Below, one piece after another: positions 7,854 to 19,872 of a stretch of DNA of 64,000 bases; position 1 is the stretch's first letter, and each line of letters starts with the position of its first letter. This DNA is from an uncultured Candidatus Saccharibacteria bacterium (lineage in GTDB: Bacteria; Patescibacteriota; Saccharimonadia; Saccharimonadales; CAZNVG01): positions 2,591 through 66,590 of the forward strand of contig CAYYKI010000001.1 in the NCBI GenBank assembly GCA_964440975.1. Direction: 5' to 3'. The position numbers and the translations under genes are program-made. The notes below the pieces were generated by a model. It saw only the letters and a list, made by a program, of their open reading frames with translations, ran no database searches and had not been told where the DNA came from.

Positions 7854-9344
7854 ATGAACCATTATGGCGGTTTAGTATCAGTGGTACAATATGCCGGTAG
7901 CGTTATGCGTAATAATTCATCAACGATATACGGCAGCTTTTTGCTTATAGGCGACTTCTTTGCCCTCTTAGGCGCGTTTGTGATCGCCTACATATTTAGG
8001 GTCAGCCTCGATCATCGACCAATTGCCAATCAAATTGGTGCAGTAGAATTCTTACAAATCTTTACCTTGCTGGTACCGATAGTGTTGCTGATATTTGCAT
8101 CGCTTGGGCTCTATAGCCGGGCAATCTATGATAGCCGGGTACGAGAATTTGGACGGCTCATCGTCGGTTCATTCATTGGCATTCTTACCGTCATCAGCTA
8201 TGACTACATCAGTAATAAACCAATCCTGCCAGGTAAGCTTGTTGCACTCTACGCATTACTGCTTGGGTTTACCTTGCTTATTCTTGAACGATCAGTAGCG
8301 CGATGGCTACGAACCGCCCTGTTTAGTTATGGCGTAGGCATCAATAAAATTTTGATTGTCGGGAGCGGACGAACCACCAACGAACTTATTGAGAAAGTGT
8401 CCGACACAAAACACACCGGACAAAAAGTGGTGGCCGTAATAGGTAAAGAATCACCTATTATCCGCAAACTTGATATACCCGTTTACGAATCAATCGACAA
8501 CCTCAAGGAGATGGACGTCGACACGGTCATTCAAACGTCCTACCTTAACGACGACACTCTAACCAAAGACCTGATCGCGCGCGCGCAAGACGCCCATATT
8601 GCGTATCAGTTCTTGCCGGAGCAAACACGCCTGTACAGCGGTAACGCAAGTGTGGAGCTCTATCAAGGCCTCCCGATAGTTTCGGTGCACCCAACGGCGT
8701 TAATCGGCTGGGGAAGATTAGTGAAGCGCGGTTTTGATGTAATAAGCAGTCTTTTATTTCTGGTAGTTCTGTCGCCGGTTTTTGTGATTATCGGGCTAGC
8801 TATCAAGCTAACCGATCCAAGGGGTCCGATTTTGTTTCGACAAAAACGATTAACACGCTTTGATCAAGAATTCACGGTCTATAAATTCCGAAGTATGAAA
8901 CAAAAGTACAGTGGTCGCGGCGGTGATGAAATGGAAATTTTCAAAAAAATGGGCCGCCCAGATTTGGCAGAGGAATTCGAAAAAAATCGTGGCAAGGTAG
9001 CCAACGATCCACGAATCACCAGAGTTGGTCGCATCTTGCGCGCAACCAGTATGGACGAATTGCCACAATTCTTTAATGTACTTCGTGGCGATATTAGCCT
9101 TGTCGGGCCGCGCGCAATTGTCGAACATCATGCACAAGAATATAAAGAGAATCGATCGCTCATGTTAAGCGTCAAGACAGGCATCACCGGACTTGCTCAA
9201 GTATCTGGCCGCGACGACCTGTCACTGCAGGAACGCATTAATCTTGATATATATTATGTACAAAACTGGAGTTTTTGGATGGACCTCGGAATAATCTTTA
9301 AGACAGTGTATATATTGCTTTGGCGTAAAGGATTCAGGTCGTAA
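7854..9344 (+). CDS. polyprenyl-phosphate sugar phosphotransferase (WbaP/exopolysaccharide 'bacterial sugar transferase' family)
   Basis: C-terminal domain KRGFDVISSLLFLVVLSPVFVIIGLAIKLTDPRGPILFRQKRLTRFDQEFTVYKFRSM...DELPQFFNVLRGDISLVGPRA is the canonical sugar-transferase signature. N-terminal TM region plus a CoA-binding-like domain. Confidence 0.8.
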   Translation: MNHYGGLVSVVQYAGSVMRNNSSTIYGSFLLIGDFFALLGAFVIAYIFRVSLDHRPIANQIGAVEFLQIFTLLVPIVLLIFASLGLYSRAIYDSRVREFGRLIVGSFIGILTVISYDYISNKPILPGKLVALYALLLGFTLLILERSVARWLRTALFSYGVGINKILIVGSGRTTNELIEKVSDTKHTGQKVVAVIGKESPIIRKLDIPVYESIDNLKEMDVDTVIQTSYLNDDTLTKDLIARAQDAHIAYQFLPEQTRLYSGNASVELYQGLPIVSVHPTALIGWGRLVKRGFDVISSLLFLVVLSPVFVIIGLAIKLTDPRGPILFRQKRLTRFDQEFTVYKFRSMKQKYSGRGGDEMEIFKKMGRPDLAEEFEKNRGKVANDPRITRVGRILRATSMDELPQFFNVLRGDISLVGPRAIVEHHAQEYKENRSLMLSVKTGITGLAQVSGRDDLSLQERINLDIYYVQNWSFWMDLGIIFKTVYILLWRKGFRS

Positions 9345-9385
9345 CTAGTCCAAACCTCGCTAGTAACCACGACCTACCAAATCAT

Positions 9386-10540
9386 ATGAACGATTTCATT
9401 ATCAAACCAGCCAAGCAGCCAAACAAACCACGTGTTGCATTAGTGTGTGACTGGCTTACTGGTGGCGGCGCGGAAAGAGTTATGAAGGCGCTGCATCAAA
9501 TCTATCCAGATGCACCTATATATACTAGCTACGCCAGCCCTGCACAGCGACGAGTCTTTGATACTGCCGACGTTCGCACAAGCGGATTTTTGCAAACAAA
9601 ACTCGGCGGCAAATTACGAAAGTTCTTGCCAATCCTTCGTGAACGCTACTTTGAAAAGCTAGACCTTGGTGATTATGACATTGTGATATCTGCCAGTGGC
9701 GCAGAAGCTAAGGGGGTAAAAGTAGGAGAGGGCACACTACACATTAATTACTGTCACTCCCCTACCCATTACTACTGGGTGCGCTACGACGAATATGTCT
9801 CCAATCCTGGGTTTGGGTACTTTAATCCGATTGCGCGTCTAGGGCTCCGCATACTTGTTGCCAGTAGGCGTAAATGGGATCGAGCTGCGGCCCAAAGACC
9901 CCACATCATCATTGCTAATTCTTCGGTAACCCGTGACCGTATAGCCGAATACTACGGTCGTGAATCCACTGTAATATTTCCACCGGTAGACGTCGAGCAT
10001 TTTGGACTCAACACTAAACACAAGCGTATCGGCTTTGTTATCGCTGGTAGACAAACGATGTACAAGCGCTTCGATTTAGCAGTCGAGGTCTGTTCAAAAT
10101 TAAACCTCCCACTAAAAGTGGTTGGCGACGGCCCTGAACATAAAACATTGCGCTCAATTGCCGGCCCCAATGTAGAGTTCTTTACGAATGTGTCAGACAC
10201 AGAAATGGTGCATCACTTCCAAACAGCCGAGGCCTTTTTGTTTCCCGGCCTTGAAGACTTTGGTATAACACCGGTGGAGGCAATGGCCTGCGGCACTCCG
10301 GTACTGGCATATAAGGCTGGTGGCGCCCTTGATTACGTTGTACCGGGCCTAAGCGGTGATTTTTTTGCTCAGCAGACGGCTGCCTCACTACGTACGGCAC
10401 TGCGCGATTTCGATGCTTCTACGTACGAGCCACAAGCAATTCGTGCACATGCCGAAAAGTTTTCTACGCAAAAATTTGCTCAAGCAATTCATGCTTTTGT
10501 CGATAACGAATACGCTGCCTTTTCAGACAACAAACAGTAG
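9386..10540 (+). CDS. glycosyltransferase family 4 (GT-B, retaining)
   Basis: FLFPGLEDFGITPVEAMACGTPVLAYKAGGALDYV carries the EX7E-type motif. Confidence 0.8.
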   Translation: MNDFIIKPAKQPNKPRVALVCDWLTGGGAERVMKALHQIYPDAPIYTSYASPAQRRVFDTADVRTSGFLQTKLGGKLRKFLPILRERYFEKLDLGDYDIVISASGAEAKGVKVGEGTLHINYCHSPTHYYWVRYDEYVSNPGFGYFNPIARLGLRILVASRRKWDRAAAQRPHIIIANSSVTRDRIAEYYGRESTVIFPPVDVEHFGLNTKHKRIGFVIAGRQTMYKRFDLAVEVCSKLNLPLKVVGDGPEHKTLRSIAGPNVEFFTNVSDTEMVHHFQTAEAFLFPGLEDFGITPVEAMACGTPVLAYKAGGALDYVVPGLSGDFFAQQTAASLRTALRDFDASTYEPQAIRAHAEKFSTQKFAQAIHAFVDNEYAAFSDNKQ

Positions 10541-10542
10541 CC

Positions 10543-11028
10543 TTAGCGATGTTTTTTACGGAGATGTTTCTTTTCTGGACCCTTAAAGACCCAGAAACGG
10601 AATACCACATAATTCCAAAAGGTAAAGAAGAATGCTGCTAAATATTTGCCCCAATTCGGCGAAATACCATAGCGTTCCAAAACTTCTAGTATGACTACCG
10701 TTATGGCGTAATTAATAACCAGGACAATAGCATACCGTCGCGTTTCTTTTTTGATAGGATCACGCTTAGTCTGATTCTTAAAAACCCAGGCCCGCTCCAG
10801 TATGAAGTTTACGACGATTCCCACAACGTATGCCGGTGCTTGGGCGACCGGTACAGTCAGATCAAAGTGATTAAATCCTATATAAAACGTTAGATAGTCT
10901 GCATAAAAAACGATAATACCTGTGACTAGATACTGGATGACAGCACCCTTTAAAACCAGCCGCCACACGCCGTTTGAAGATTGCGCACTTGTTTTGCCTT
11001 TATTTTTTTGTAACCTTTTGCCAGCCAT
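10543..11028 (-). CDS. GtrA-like family membrane protein
   Basis: About 160 aa with 4 TM helices; the VIQYLVTGIIVFYADYLTFY...NFILERAWVFKN pattern is typical of the GtrA family. Confidence 0.55.
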   Translation of the reverse strand: MAGKRLQKNKGKTSAQSSNGVWRLVLKGAVIQYLVTGIIVFYADYLTFYIGFNHFDLTVPVAQAPAYVVGIVVNFILERAWVFKNQTKRDPIKKETRRYAIVLVINYAITVVILEVLERYGISPNWGKYLAAFFFTFWNYVVFRFWVFKGPEKKHLRKKHR

Positions 11029-11254
11029 ACTAGTTATGATTATAAACTAGCTGGATACCTGTAATGTAAATACTTTTGGATCGATAATAAGTTTGACAAG
11101 CAGTGAGTACGATTCTAAGGGCGATAGCCGAAGCCATCACATGCCTGCATAAACGGAACCCGTAGGGGTCCACCAGTAGCCGAAGCCGCTGATGGACCCC
11201 ATGGGCCCGGTCCCGTCGGATCTCAGTTGTTGTGCGCGGTTCTACCGCCGTCGA

Positions 11255-12049
11255 TCAGGACGTGGAGGCCGCCGTCTCGCTGGAGGCGTCGGGGTCGAGA
11301 CCCTCGCTGCCGCCGCTGGAGGCGCCCGCTCCCGACCACCAGTCGTCGCCGTTGGACGTGTCGGGGTCGAGACCACCGCCGCTGCTGCCGCTGCCACCGT
11401 CGGTCGATGCCGTCGTCTGCTGACGCGAGCCGGGGGAACCCCAGCCGTCGTCGAAGCTGCCGAAGACGGGCTGCCTGGAGGAGCCGAAGGGCCTGCCGAA
11501 GCCGCCGATGACGCGCAGGCCACCGATGTCGCCGGACAGGTTCCCGAAGAGGGCGCCACCGAACAGCTGCTCGAGGTTGAGAGAACCGCTGGCCTGCTGC
11601 AACTCGCCGAGGTAGTCGGTCAGGACCGGCTTGTACAGCCAGCTGGTGACCACGTCGACGACACCCTTGCCGACGATGCCCGGGAGGGCACGTCGGATGA
11701 CCTCCGCCGGCAGCGGCAGGTGCACCGTGGCGGTGATGGTGAGCGAGAGGCTGACGTCGTCGATCTCGGCGTTGAGGGTCGACACGATCTCGCCGGACGA
11801 ACCGTCGGTGGACGCGTCGTAGCCCTTCATCGCGCTGAACACGGAGTCGAGGCCGCGCGGGACAGCGGTGTTGAGGTTCTTGACGAGACGCTGCTGCGCC
11901 GTGTCGGCGATGGCGGCGAGCGTCTCGTCGTCCATCGATCCGGAGACGATGGTGGCAGGGTCGTAGGTCAGCTCGAGGACGGTGTTGATGGACGCGTGCG
12001 TGAACGAGACGTACGCCGCACGTGTGATCTGATGTCGATTGGACTGCAT
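11255..12049 (-). CDS. hypothetical protein encoded in a ~70% GC patch (264 aa; Gly/Ser/Asp-rich C-terminus)
   Basis: ORF with extreme GC3: nearly every codon ends in G/C (atg cag tcc aat cga cat cag atc ...). AGGAG sits about 11 nt upstream of the ATG. The overlapping plus-strand ORFs are Arg-rich antisense shadows. Confidence 0.5.
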   Translation of the reverse strand: MQSNRHQITRAAYVSFTHASINTVLELTYDPATIVSGSMDDETLAAIADTAQQRLVKNLNTAVPRGLDSVFSAMKGYDASTDGSSGEIVSTLNAEIDDVSLSLTITATVHLPLPAEVIRRALPGIVGKGVVDVVTSWLYKPVLTDYLGELQQASGSLNLEQLFGGALFGNLSGDIGGLRVIGGFGRPFGSSRQPVFGSFDDGWGSPGSRQQTTASTDGGSGSSGGGLDPDTSNGDDWWSGAGASSGGSEGLDPDASSETAASTS

Positions 12050-12360
12050 CGGAATGCTTTCTCCTCGCTATGGCAGGGTTGCCTAGCTCCCATTCATTAG
12101 GGGGCTATATGTGTACTCTTGACACACAAAGTGAGGACCAAACCCAGCTTCACCGAGCTTAGTTCTCACCTCGTGTATCTAAACTGCTTGTCAAGGAGCT
12201 TTGGAGCAAAATGCGCCAGTATATACACCGGCTGCAAACTCCGCTCAACAAAACTTTGCAAATTATAGTGTTTTTATTGCATATTGTCAATAGCTTTATG
12301 ACTGCAACCTTGTTTACTGTTATATGTTGTTTTAAACGCAAGACGGTATACTATTTTTAG

Positions 12361-13353
<993 letters not shown>

Positions 13354-13492
13354 TCGCGCTCACGGATGTCGGTATTGATCTTTTTTGATAGGTCCTATGC
13401 TGAGAGCCTACGCATCAAAGTACATATCCGGCAGAGCCCACTAATGAGACGAGTCGACAAACTTGCTATACTATTGCAGTATAAGGAGCACC

Positions 13493-14365
13493 ATGAAGGG
13501 AATTATTCTTGCCGGCGGTTCTGGCACTCGACTCTATCCAATCACCAAAGGTATTAGTAAGCAACTAATGCCGATTTATGACAAACCAATGGTGTATTAC
13601 CCGTTGAGCACCCTTATGCAGGCCGGCATAAAGGAGATCCTGATTATCACCACCCCGCAAGACAGTGAAAGCTTCCAGCGGCTGCTTGGAGACGGTAGCG
13701 ATTACGGTATATCGCTGAGCTATGCCGTGCAACCCGAGCCAAAAGGCCTTGCTCAGGCGTTTATTATTGGTGAAGATTTTATTGGTGACGATAAGGTGGC
13801 ATTAGTGCTCGGCGATAATATCTTTCATGGCGATGGGTTTGATGACATACTGGCTGGTTGCGTCAATCCTGACGGCGGCATTGTATTCGCCTACCGAGTC
13901 TCTGATCCAGAAAGGTACGGTGTTGTGGAGTTCGATGCCGAAAAGCGAGTTATTTCCGTTGAAGAAAAACCAACCAAGCCAAAGTCAAACTTTGCAATCA
14001 CCGGGCTATATTTTTATGATAACGACGTCGTTGAAATCGCCAAGCGAACTCAGCCAAGCGAGCGAGGAGAACTCGAAATAACAACCATTAACGAGGAGTA
14101 TCTCAAGAAGGGCAAGCTCCGCGTTGAGATACTGGACCGTGGTTCGGCATGGCTCGATACGGGAACCTTTGAGTCGATGATGCAGGCCAGCCAGTACGTT
14201 GAGGTTATCGAAAAGCGCACCGGCCTCAAACTTGGATGCGTCGAAGAAGTAGCGTATCAACGTGGATTTATCACCAAAGACCAGCTGCTTGCCCTGGCTG
14301 AACCGTTACATAAGAGTGGTTACGGGAAGTACTTGTCCAATCTCGCCCAGACTGAAGAATTATAA
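13493..14365 (+). CDS. rfbA: glucose-1-phosphate thymidylyltransferase
   Basis: [46 protein letters not shown] is the canonical RmlA N-terminus. Start placed at the internal Met (13493) rather than the ORF-track start 13463. Confidence 0.9.
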   Translation: MKGIILAGGSGTRLYPITKGISKQLMPIYDKPMVYYPLSTLMQAGIKEILIITTPQDSESFQRLLGDGSDYGISLSYAVQPEPKGLAQAFIIGEDFIGDDKVALVLGDNIFHGDGFDDILAGCVNPDGGIVFAYRVSDPERYGVVEFDAEKRVISVEEKPTKPKSNFAITGLYFYDNDVVEIAKRTQPSERGELEITTINEEYLKKGKLRVEILDRGSAWLDTGTFESMMQASQYVEVIEKRTGLKLGCVEEVAYQRGFITKDQLLALAEPLHKSGYGKYLSNLAQTEEL

Positions 14366-14491
14366 ATCAGATAGTCTTTGTGCTTTAAAAATAAAGTTGC
14401 TATTATAGATACAATATTGGGGTTTATTTCTTAGGAGGGTAGTCCGATCAGTGATCCCACACGACGCCGCGCCATAACCAGGGAGCCTAAG

Positions 14492-16165
14492 GTGGGTGAG
14501 AGAACATGGTTGCATGTCTTACGCAAGGTGGGGCTATTTTTTGTCGCACCAATTTTAGTATTTTCGTGTATATATTATCTTGTTAATCCTGGCCACCTGA
14601 GTAAATTCAACACATCGTTCTACTTAGACGCTGGTGATGGATACCAAAACGTGTGGAACAACTGGTGGGTCAATAAATCTATTGTTGATCACCGCGCAAG
14701 TCCATATCAAACTGATTATCTGCACTTCCCCAGCGGTGTCTCGTTGGCAACACAAACTATGAATATCTATAACGGCCTTGTCGGCATAGTGCTAATAAAT
14801 TTCCTAGGGGCCTCACTTGTACAAGCTACAAACATTGCCGTTTTGACCGGCTTTATTGGTACCGGCTTAACAATGTTCTGGTTATTATACTATCTCTTTC
14901 GCCGCTATGAAGCAGCCTTGCTTGGAGGCGGTATGTTTGCGTTTTCTAGCTACCATTTTGCCCACGGCATTGGCCACTTACAGCTTATTTCCTTACAGTT
15001 TGTTCCATTATTTGTACTTGCGTTCTTGGTTTTTATGCGGCGTTTGCGCTGGCAGAACGCAATATATGCCGGTATTACATTGGCGTTGGTTGGGCTCTGC
15101 GATTATTACTACCTCCTTTATTGTTGCATTTTTGCTGGCGGTTACGTTTTGTTTAAGGTTTTCTACAGAGAACTAGAAATTTCCTGGCGCAGTGTAAAGC
15201 TATTTTTAATTATGGCGATCAGCGGCTTAGCGATTCTTGGTTGGCCGATTTATCTACTACTGCAACTCACAAGCAGCCAGACCCTACTCGGCTCGCATGA
15301 TGCGCGAGCATTTAGTATGGACCTCCTTTCACCACTCATCCCTGGTGGAAATTGGCGTTGGTACGGATTAACAGACTGGTATTGGTCCCGCCTGCCCGGC
15401 TATCATTCTGAAACAAGTATATTTTTTGGTTTTGGGTTAATTAGTCTGTTGCTTTTTGCTCTGCTGAGACTACGTAAAAAACTCGTACCACGTGATATGT
15501 ATTTTTGGTGGGTCATAGCTATTATGTTTGGCATATTAGGCTTAGGGCCACGCTTAAGAATTTTTGGTGGCGGACTTGAGCTCATTCCTTTGCCTTATGC
15601 CCTGCTTGAACGGCTTGTTCCTACCTTCAAGATTTCTGGAATGCCAGTTCGGATGGTTGTGATGAGTTTACTTGCGGCAATCGTTATTGCAATGCAGGCC
15701 CTCAGTACGCTTAGTTTCTCAACCCGCAAAGTACGCGCATTATTTGTAGTACTTGTATTGGTCACTGCTTTAGATGTCTGGCCCCGCCCGCAGCCACTTT
15801 CAGCGACGACAGCTCCAAATTATGTTACCGCACTCAAACAGTTACCTCCTGGTGCTATTATCGACAACGGAGCGAATACCGCAACCGAAGCACTGTTCTT
15901 TCAGACAATACATGAACGAAAAATGGCGTTTGGATATGTCACCAGGTTGCCAGAAGTGATTGACAAGAAAGACCGCCTGCTCGAACAGGATCTTGAGGCT
16001 GGACGCTATGACTATATATGCCAGTTGTATAGAATTCGCTACCTAATTACTCGCGCCGACCTGCCTATCGTCCAGTATCCTGCCGTTTATAGTCAGCCAA
16101 AGAATATCAGTGATCCGTATGACAATTTACGTATTTACGATTTGAAAAATAGTGACCAATGTTAG
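14492..16165 (+). CDS. large polytopic membrane protein, possibly a GT-C-type glycosyltransferase
   Basis: 557 aa with more than 12 predicted TM helices. GTG start with GGGAG 6 nt upstream. Function inferred only from locus context. Confidence 0.45.
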   Translation: MGERTWLHVLRKVGLFFVAPILVFSCIYYLVNPGHLSKFNTSFYLDAGDGYQNVWNNWWVNKSIVDHRASPYQTDYLHFPSGVSLATQTMNIYNGLVGIVLINFLGASLVQATNIAVLTGFIGTGLTMFWLLYYLFRRYEAALLGGGMFAFSSYHFAHGIGHLQLISLQFVPLFVLAFLVFMRRLRWQNAIYAGITLALVGLCDYYYLLYCCIFAGGYVLFKVFYRELEISWRSVKLFLIMAISGLAILGWPIYLLLQLTSSQTLLGSHDARAFSMDLLSPLIPGGNWRWYGLTDWYWSRLPGYHSETSIFFGFGLISLLLFALLRLRKKLVPRDMYFWWVIAIMFGILGLGPRLRIFGGGLELIPLPYALLERLVPTFKISGMPVRMVVMSLLAAIVIAMQALSTLSFSTRKVRALFVVLVLVTALDVWPRPQPLSATTAPNYVTALKQLPPGAIIDNGANTATEALFFQTIHERKMAFGYVTRLPEVIDKKDRLLEQDLEAGRYDYICQLYRIRYLITRADLPIVQYPAVYSQPKNISDPYDNLRIYDLKNSDQC

Positions 16166-16303
16166 CAGTTCTTCTCATCCACAGACTATCCACGAAAGCT
16201 ACAATACTTACGCTTGCACTATAAATTGAGCTGTTTTACATTGCTAGAGTAAACGGGAGGGCAACATGATAATAGTAGTAAGCGGAGCGATTGGAGCTGC
16301 AAC

Positions 16304-16876
16304 ATGAAACGCCAATCGGCACTTATTATATTGATTAGCATTGCGTTGGTAGTGGCCGGTTTTACAGTGCTGGCACGTCGCGAAGAAGCTAGCAAGCAGT
16401 CAGACAACAACAGACCCAATGTGAGTCAAACCTACTTTGCCATACCCGAATGGGGCATCAATATTCCGGCAGATGCGTTTGGAGCAAGGCCTGCCGTATC
16501 CTACCTAATCGGTAGGTTTGCAGACTCACCCAGTGAGGCGATTGTATTTTTCGACAGACCTTTGGCGGATATTCAGTCGTCGATTGGTGAGACATATTTC
16601 AAGCAGTTAGTATCTTGCTTATCCTATACTCCAAGTATTTCTCGATCACCATCCGCCACCAACGCAGCAAATAATACGAACAATTCAGGCGTACCTCAAA
16701 ACCAAAAAGGCCGAGAACTCGATGGCTTCCGATATGAACCGATAACCCCTCAAGCAACTTGCCCAACTGCTACGGAGGATTACCCAGCAACCAAAATAGG
16801 AAATTACATGACCGGCTTATCTACAGAAACCGACCAAAGCCGAATAGAACAAGTCATCAACAGCATCACAAAGTAA
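16304..16876 (+). CDS. secreted or membrane-anchored hypothetical protein
   Basis: N-terminal signal/TM helix MKRQSALIILISIALVVAGFTVLA; GGAG 7 nt upstream of the ATG. Confidence 0.4.
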   Translation: MKRQSALIILISIALVVAGFTVLARREEASKQSDNNRPNVSQTYFAIPEWGINIPADAFGARPAVSYLIGRFADSPSEAIVFFDRPLADIQSSIGETYFKQLVSCLSYTPSISRSPSATNAANNTNNSGVPQNQKGRELDGFRYEPITPQATCPTATEDYPATKIGNYMTGLSTETDQSRIEQVINSITK

Positions 16877-16894
16877 TATCGCAGGAGCTATCAA

Positions 16895-18553
16895 ATGAAA
16901 TATGAGGCTATTATTAAAGACACCCTGAGTTCAGAATCGAACCCATTACTTAACAGAGTCAAGCGCTTGGCCGCGGTAGCCCTGGTAGGGCTTGGTACCA
17001 TCGGAGTTAACACGCTTATCGAGAACGAAGCAAGCGCCGCTCCAGACACTTACCCTTGGCAGCATGCCCAGGATTACAACCCAGGAAGCTATATGTGGTG
17101 GGTTGACGAAAACGGCAACGGCCGAGCAGATGTCACCTCTGCCCCAAACGACAATGATGAAGCCGTTGATCCCAATGGCTATTACTACCGAAACTGCACA
17201 TCGTACGCTGCCGCAAAACTTAAACAGCTTGGTTATGCTGGATCGATGAGTGGTCTAGGGAATGCAAAAAGCTGGGATGACATTGCACGTAGCAGAGGCG
17301 TCGGAGTAGATAATAGCCCCAGGGTCGGCGACGCCGCTGTCTGGGATTATATCGGCAACGACTCCCGATACGGCCATGTTGCTATCGTTGAAAAGGTGTA
17401 TGCCGATGGCTCTGTTGATGTAAGTGAGTACAATGCTGGACTACGTGGAGGCTATACCGCGAATCGTCATACTCGAGCACACAAGTATGTACATTTCCTG
17501 AATCGACCAAGCGGCACACCGAACATAGCTCCCCCAGCTAGCCAAATTCCGTATGCAGCTATAGCCGACGGGCAAGAGTACTTTAGCGATCAAAACTGGG
17601 TATACACAAAGGTTGGTGGCACCGCCTGGCCTATTAAGCACCGTAACGACTGGAATAGCGGTGATACTTTCAACTGGGGCGGTGCGCCGATAGGCCCTGT
17701 GAGCACACGTGAAACATGGGACCACGAGGCTGGCTATAACACCAACAACCAACGACAAGTTGGCGCCCATCCACCGACCGAAGGAACCGTTGTACATATC
17801 GAAGGAACTTCTCAGCAATATTACTTCTTCCGTGGGCATGCATATCCGATTGGCATAGAAGAGCTGGACGACCTACAGGCTCGCAATAAGGCGCGCAGGG
17901 TGCCTGCTTTTGGTAATCGGCTCATGGATTTTGTTGGAATAGTTCCACCGTTCGGAAATGGCGAGCTATACCGCTACGCCTCTGTGGCTCGAGTCAACCA
18001 ATTCATTACGAATGGTGATGGCTCTCATACAAGCTACCATGTAAACAATGACACCGTGCTCGATTGTCTAGAATTCAAGGAAGGTCGACACATTACGGTT
18101 CTCCCCAAGTCTGCGCAATCACTTATCACATTCAATCTTGGGCCAGAAGTCTCCCAGCCTGCTGCCTGCGATTATCCAAATAATAGTGTCGTATTAGGAC
18201 CAAACGGCGCAGAATTCTGGAAGATTAGAGGAGACAACAGCAGCACGCCCTATACTAGGCATTATATAGGGAACGAGCTAACCGCCTGGTTAAACTCTGG
18301 AGGGAGGCCAGTCTTACATCGCAGTCGAAGTGTTCAGGCTCTTAACGATATCCCACAAGGCCCAGACACATCAAACCCAGAAGGAATATACTTTGTAAAT
18401 AACGCAAACGGCGACGTATTTTTATGGCTAGATAACCAAGCCCATAAAGTTCCATCAAACGAAGTACTTAGCTGCCTAGGCAACCCGTCATTAGTCAGGG
18501 TTGACGGCCAAGTAGTTGGACCGCTACACCAAGCGGAGCCGGTTAGCTGTTAA
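16895..18553 (+). CDS. secreted CHAP-domain peptidoglycan amidase/peptidase with C-terminal extension
   Basis: Signal-like N-terminus. CHAP signature: [13 protein letters not shown] (catalytic Cys) ... GDAAVW ... GHVAIVEKV (catalytic His). Confidence 0.7.
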   Translation: MKYEAIIKDTLSSESNPLLNRVKRLAAVALVGLGTIGVNTLIENEASAAPDTYPWQHAQDYNPGSYMWWVDENGNGRADVTSAPNDNDEAVDPNGYYYRNCTSYAAAKLKQLGYAGSMSGLGNAKSWDDIARSRGVGVDNSPRVGDAAVWDYIGNDSRYGHVAIVEKVYADGSVDVSEYNAGLRGGYTANRHTRAHKYVHFLNRPSGTPNIAPPASQIPYAAIADGQEYFSDQNWVYTKVGGTAWPIKHRNDWNSGDTFNWGGAPIGPVSTRETWDHEAGYNTNNQRQVGAHPPTEGTVVHIEGTSQQYYFFRGHAYPIGIEELDDLQARNKARRVPAFGNRLMDFVGIVPPFGNGELYRYASVARVNQFITNGDGSHTSYHVNNDTVLDCLEFKEGRHITVLPKSAQSLITFNLGPEVSQPAACDYPNNSVVLGPNGAEFWKIRGDNSSTPYTRHYIGNELTAWLNSGGRPVLHRSRSVQALNDIPQGPDTSNPEGIYFVNNANGDVFLWLDNQAHKVPSNEVLSCLGNPSLVRVDGQVVGPLHQAEPVSC

Positions 18554-19287
18554 CTAGATTTTTTTGAACGGCGCACAGTCAGATTATAGTAGATAATTTC
18601 CCAGATGGCTTTAACGCCATCGCGCAGGCCAATCTTTTTGCCTTCTTCTTTGCTGCGACCGTAGTAGCTAATACCAATCTCGTAGACACGCGCACCGCTC
18701 TTGGCTACACGAGCGGTGATCTCTGGCTCAAAGCCAAATCGTTGCGCGTGCAAATCTTTGGCCAAGTCACGCACTAAGTCACCTTTGAACATTTTGTAGC
18801 AGGTTTCCATGTCGGTGAGGTTGAGGCCGGTAAAGACATTGCTGAGGAACGTGAGGAACTTGTTAGCCACTTGGTTACGGTAGTAGATAATGCGGTGTGG
18901 TTCGCCGCCAATAAAGCGCGAACCATATACGACGTCGGCATGTCCACGTTCAATTGGATACAACAGCCGGGGATATTCCTGTGGATCGTATTCGAGATCT
19001 GCATCTTGCACAATCACAACATCGCCGGTCGATTTGAGGATTCCTTTTTTAAGTGCGGCACCTTTGCCCTGGTTTTGCTTTTGGAAGATAAGCGTGATTG
19101 CTTTATTCTTTTCGGCCAGTTTTTTGAGTATATTGCGGGTACCGTCTTTGCTGCCGTCATCAACAATCAATATTTCTTTTTTGGTAGTTCCGAGGTTTAC
19201 CTCCATTACTTCGTCGAGGATTTTTTCGATAGTCGCTTTTTCGTTATAGCAAGGAATTACTATGGAAATTTTTTTAGCCTTTGACAT
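18550..19287 (-). CDS. GT2 glycosyltransferase, polyprenol-phosphate mannosyl/glucosyl-transferase-like
   Basis: [14 protein letters not shown] ... DDGSKDGT ... DADLEYDP are the GT-A DXD-type motifs. Start chosen at Met8 (19287), which has GGAG 5 nt upstream. Confidence 0.8.
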   Translation of the reverse strand: MSKAKKISIVIPCYNEKATIEKILDEVMEVNLGTTKKEILIVDDGSKDGTRNILKKLAEKNKAITLIFQKQNQGKGAALKKGILKSTGDVVIVQDADLEYDPQEYPRLLYPIERGHADVVYGSRFIGGEPHRIIYYRNQVANKFLTFLSNVFTGLNLTDMETCYKMFKGDLVRDLAKDLHAQRFGFEPEITARVAKSGARVYEIGISYYGRSKEEGKKIGLRDGVKAIWEIIYYNLTVRRSKKSS

Positions 19288-19356
19288 ATATGCTCCAATC
19301 TTAAGCATATATTAGCAAATAATTATAGAATTGAGCAAAGCTATTCAATGGCTATT

Positions 19357-19815
19357 CTAGGCGGATGTTGCGTGTTTTCCCGTCATTTGTTTACTTTTGC
19401 TAAATACAAACTTGCTGTTAAGAATATAGTTCCATATCAACGCGACTGCAGACCCTATTGCCAACGCAAGCCCATAAAACACATGGCCGTAATGAACTAG
19501 TGCGATTACTATGCCGCTATTAATACCTATACCCGCCCACGCTGTCATATGAAATTTTGCAAATTTTTTGTGTGTCGGATGGTGTTCGTGGCCAGTAAAG
19601 GCCCAGTAATTATTGCCGGTAAATGTGGCTAACAGGGCCAACTCTGCGCCAAATAGCTGCGCAATAACTATTGGTAGCGATAGTACGTCGTAGAGTGCTA
19701 TCAACGATATGTAGTTAACAATAAATCCTACAGTTCCGACGATCGCAAACCTTATAAAGCTGCGCTTTATCCATGTATTATAAAGTCTAATTACGCGTTG
19801 AATTATTTCCCTCAT
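19357..19815 (-). CDS. GtrA-like family membrane protein
   Basis: 152 aa, 4 TM helices; FIRFAIVGTVGFIVNYISL...NYILNSKFVFS is the GtrA pattern. It is adjacent to a GT2 gene, the classic GtrA/GtrB pairing. Confidence 0.55.
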   Translation of the reverse strand: MREIIQRVIRLYNTWIKRSFIRFAIVGTVGFIVNYISLIALYDVLSLPIVIAQLFGAELALLATFTGNNYWAFTGHEHHPTHKKFAKFHMTAWAGIGINSGIVIALVHYGHVFYGLALAIGSAVALIWNYILNSKFVFSKSKQMTGKHATSA

Positions 19816-19872
19816 GCTTTTTACAGTATACCCTAAAACAACAAACTAATACGGTATAATAAATGTGAATAT

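Noticed and set aside
11192-12100. Plus-strand 302-aa ORF (and the nested 11227-11511, 11232-11423, 11242-11559 ORFs) in the GC-rich patch.
   Set aside because: Arg/Gly/Asp-rich, low-complexity translations typical of antisense or alternative frames in high-GC DNA. The minus-strand 264-aa ORF has protein-like composition and GC3-biased codon usage, so only that one is reported.
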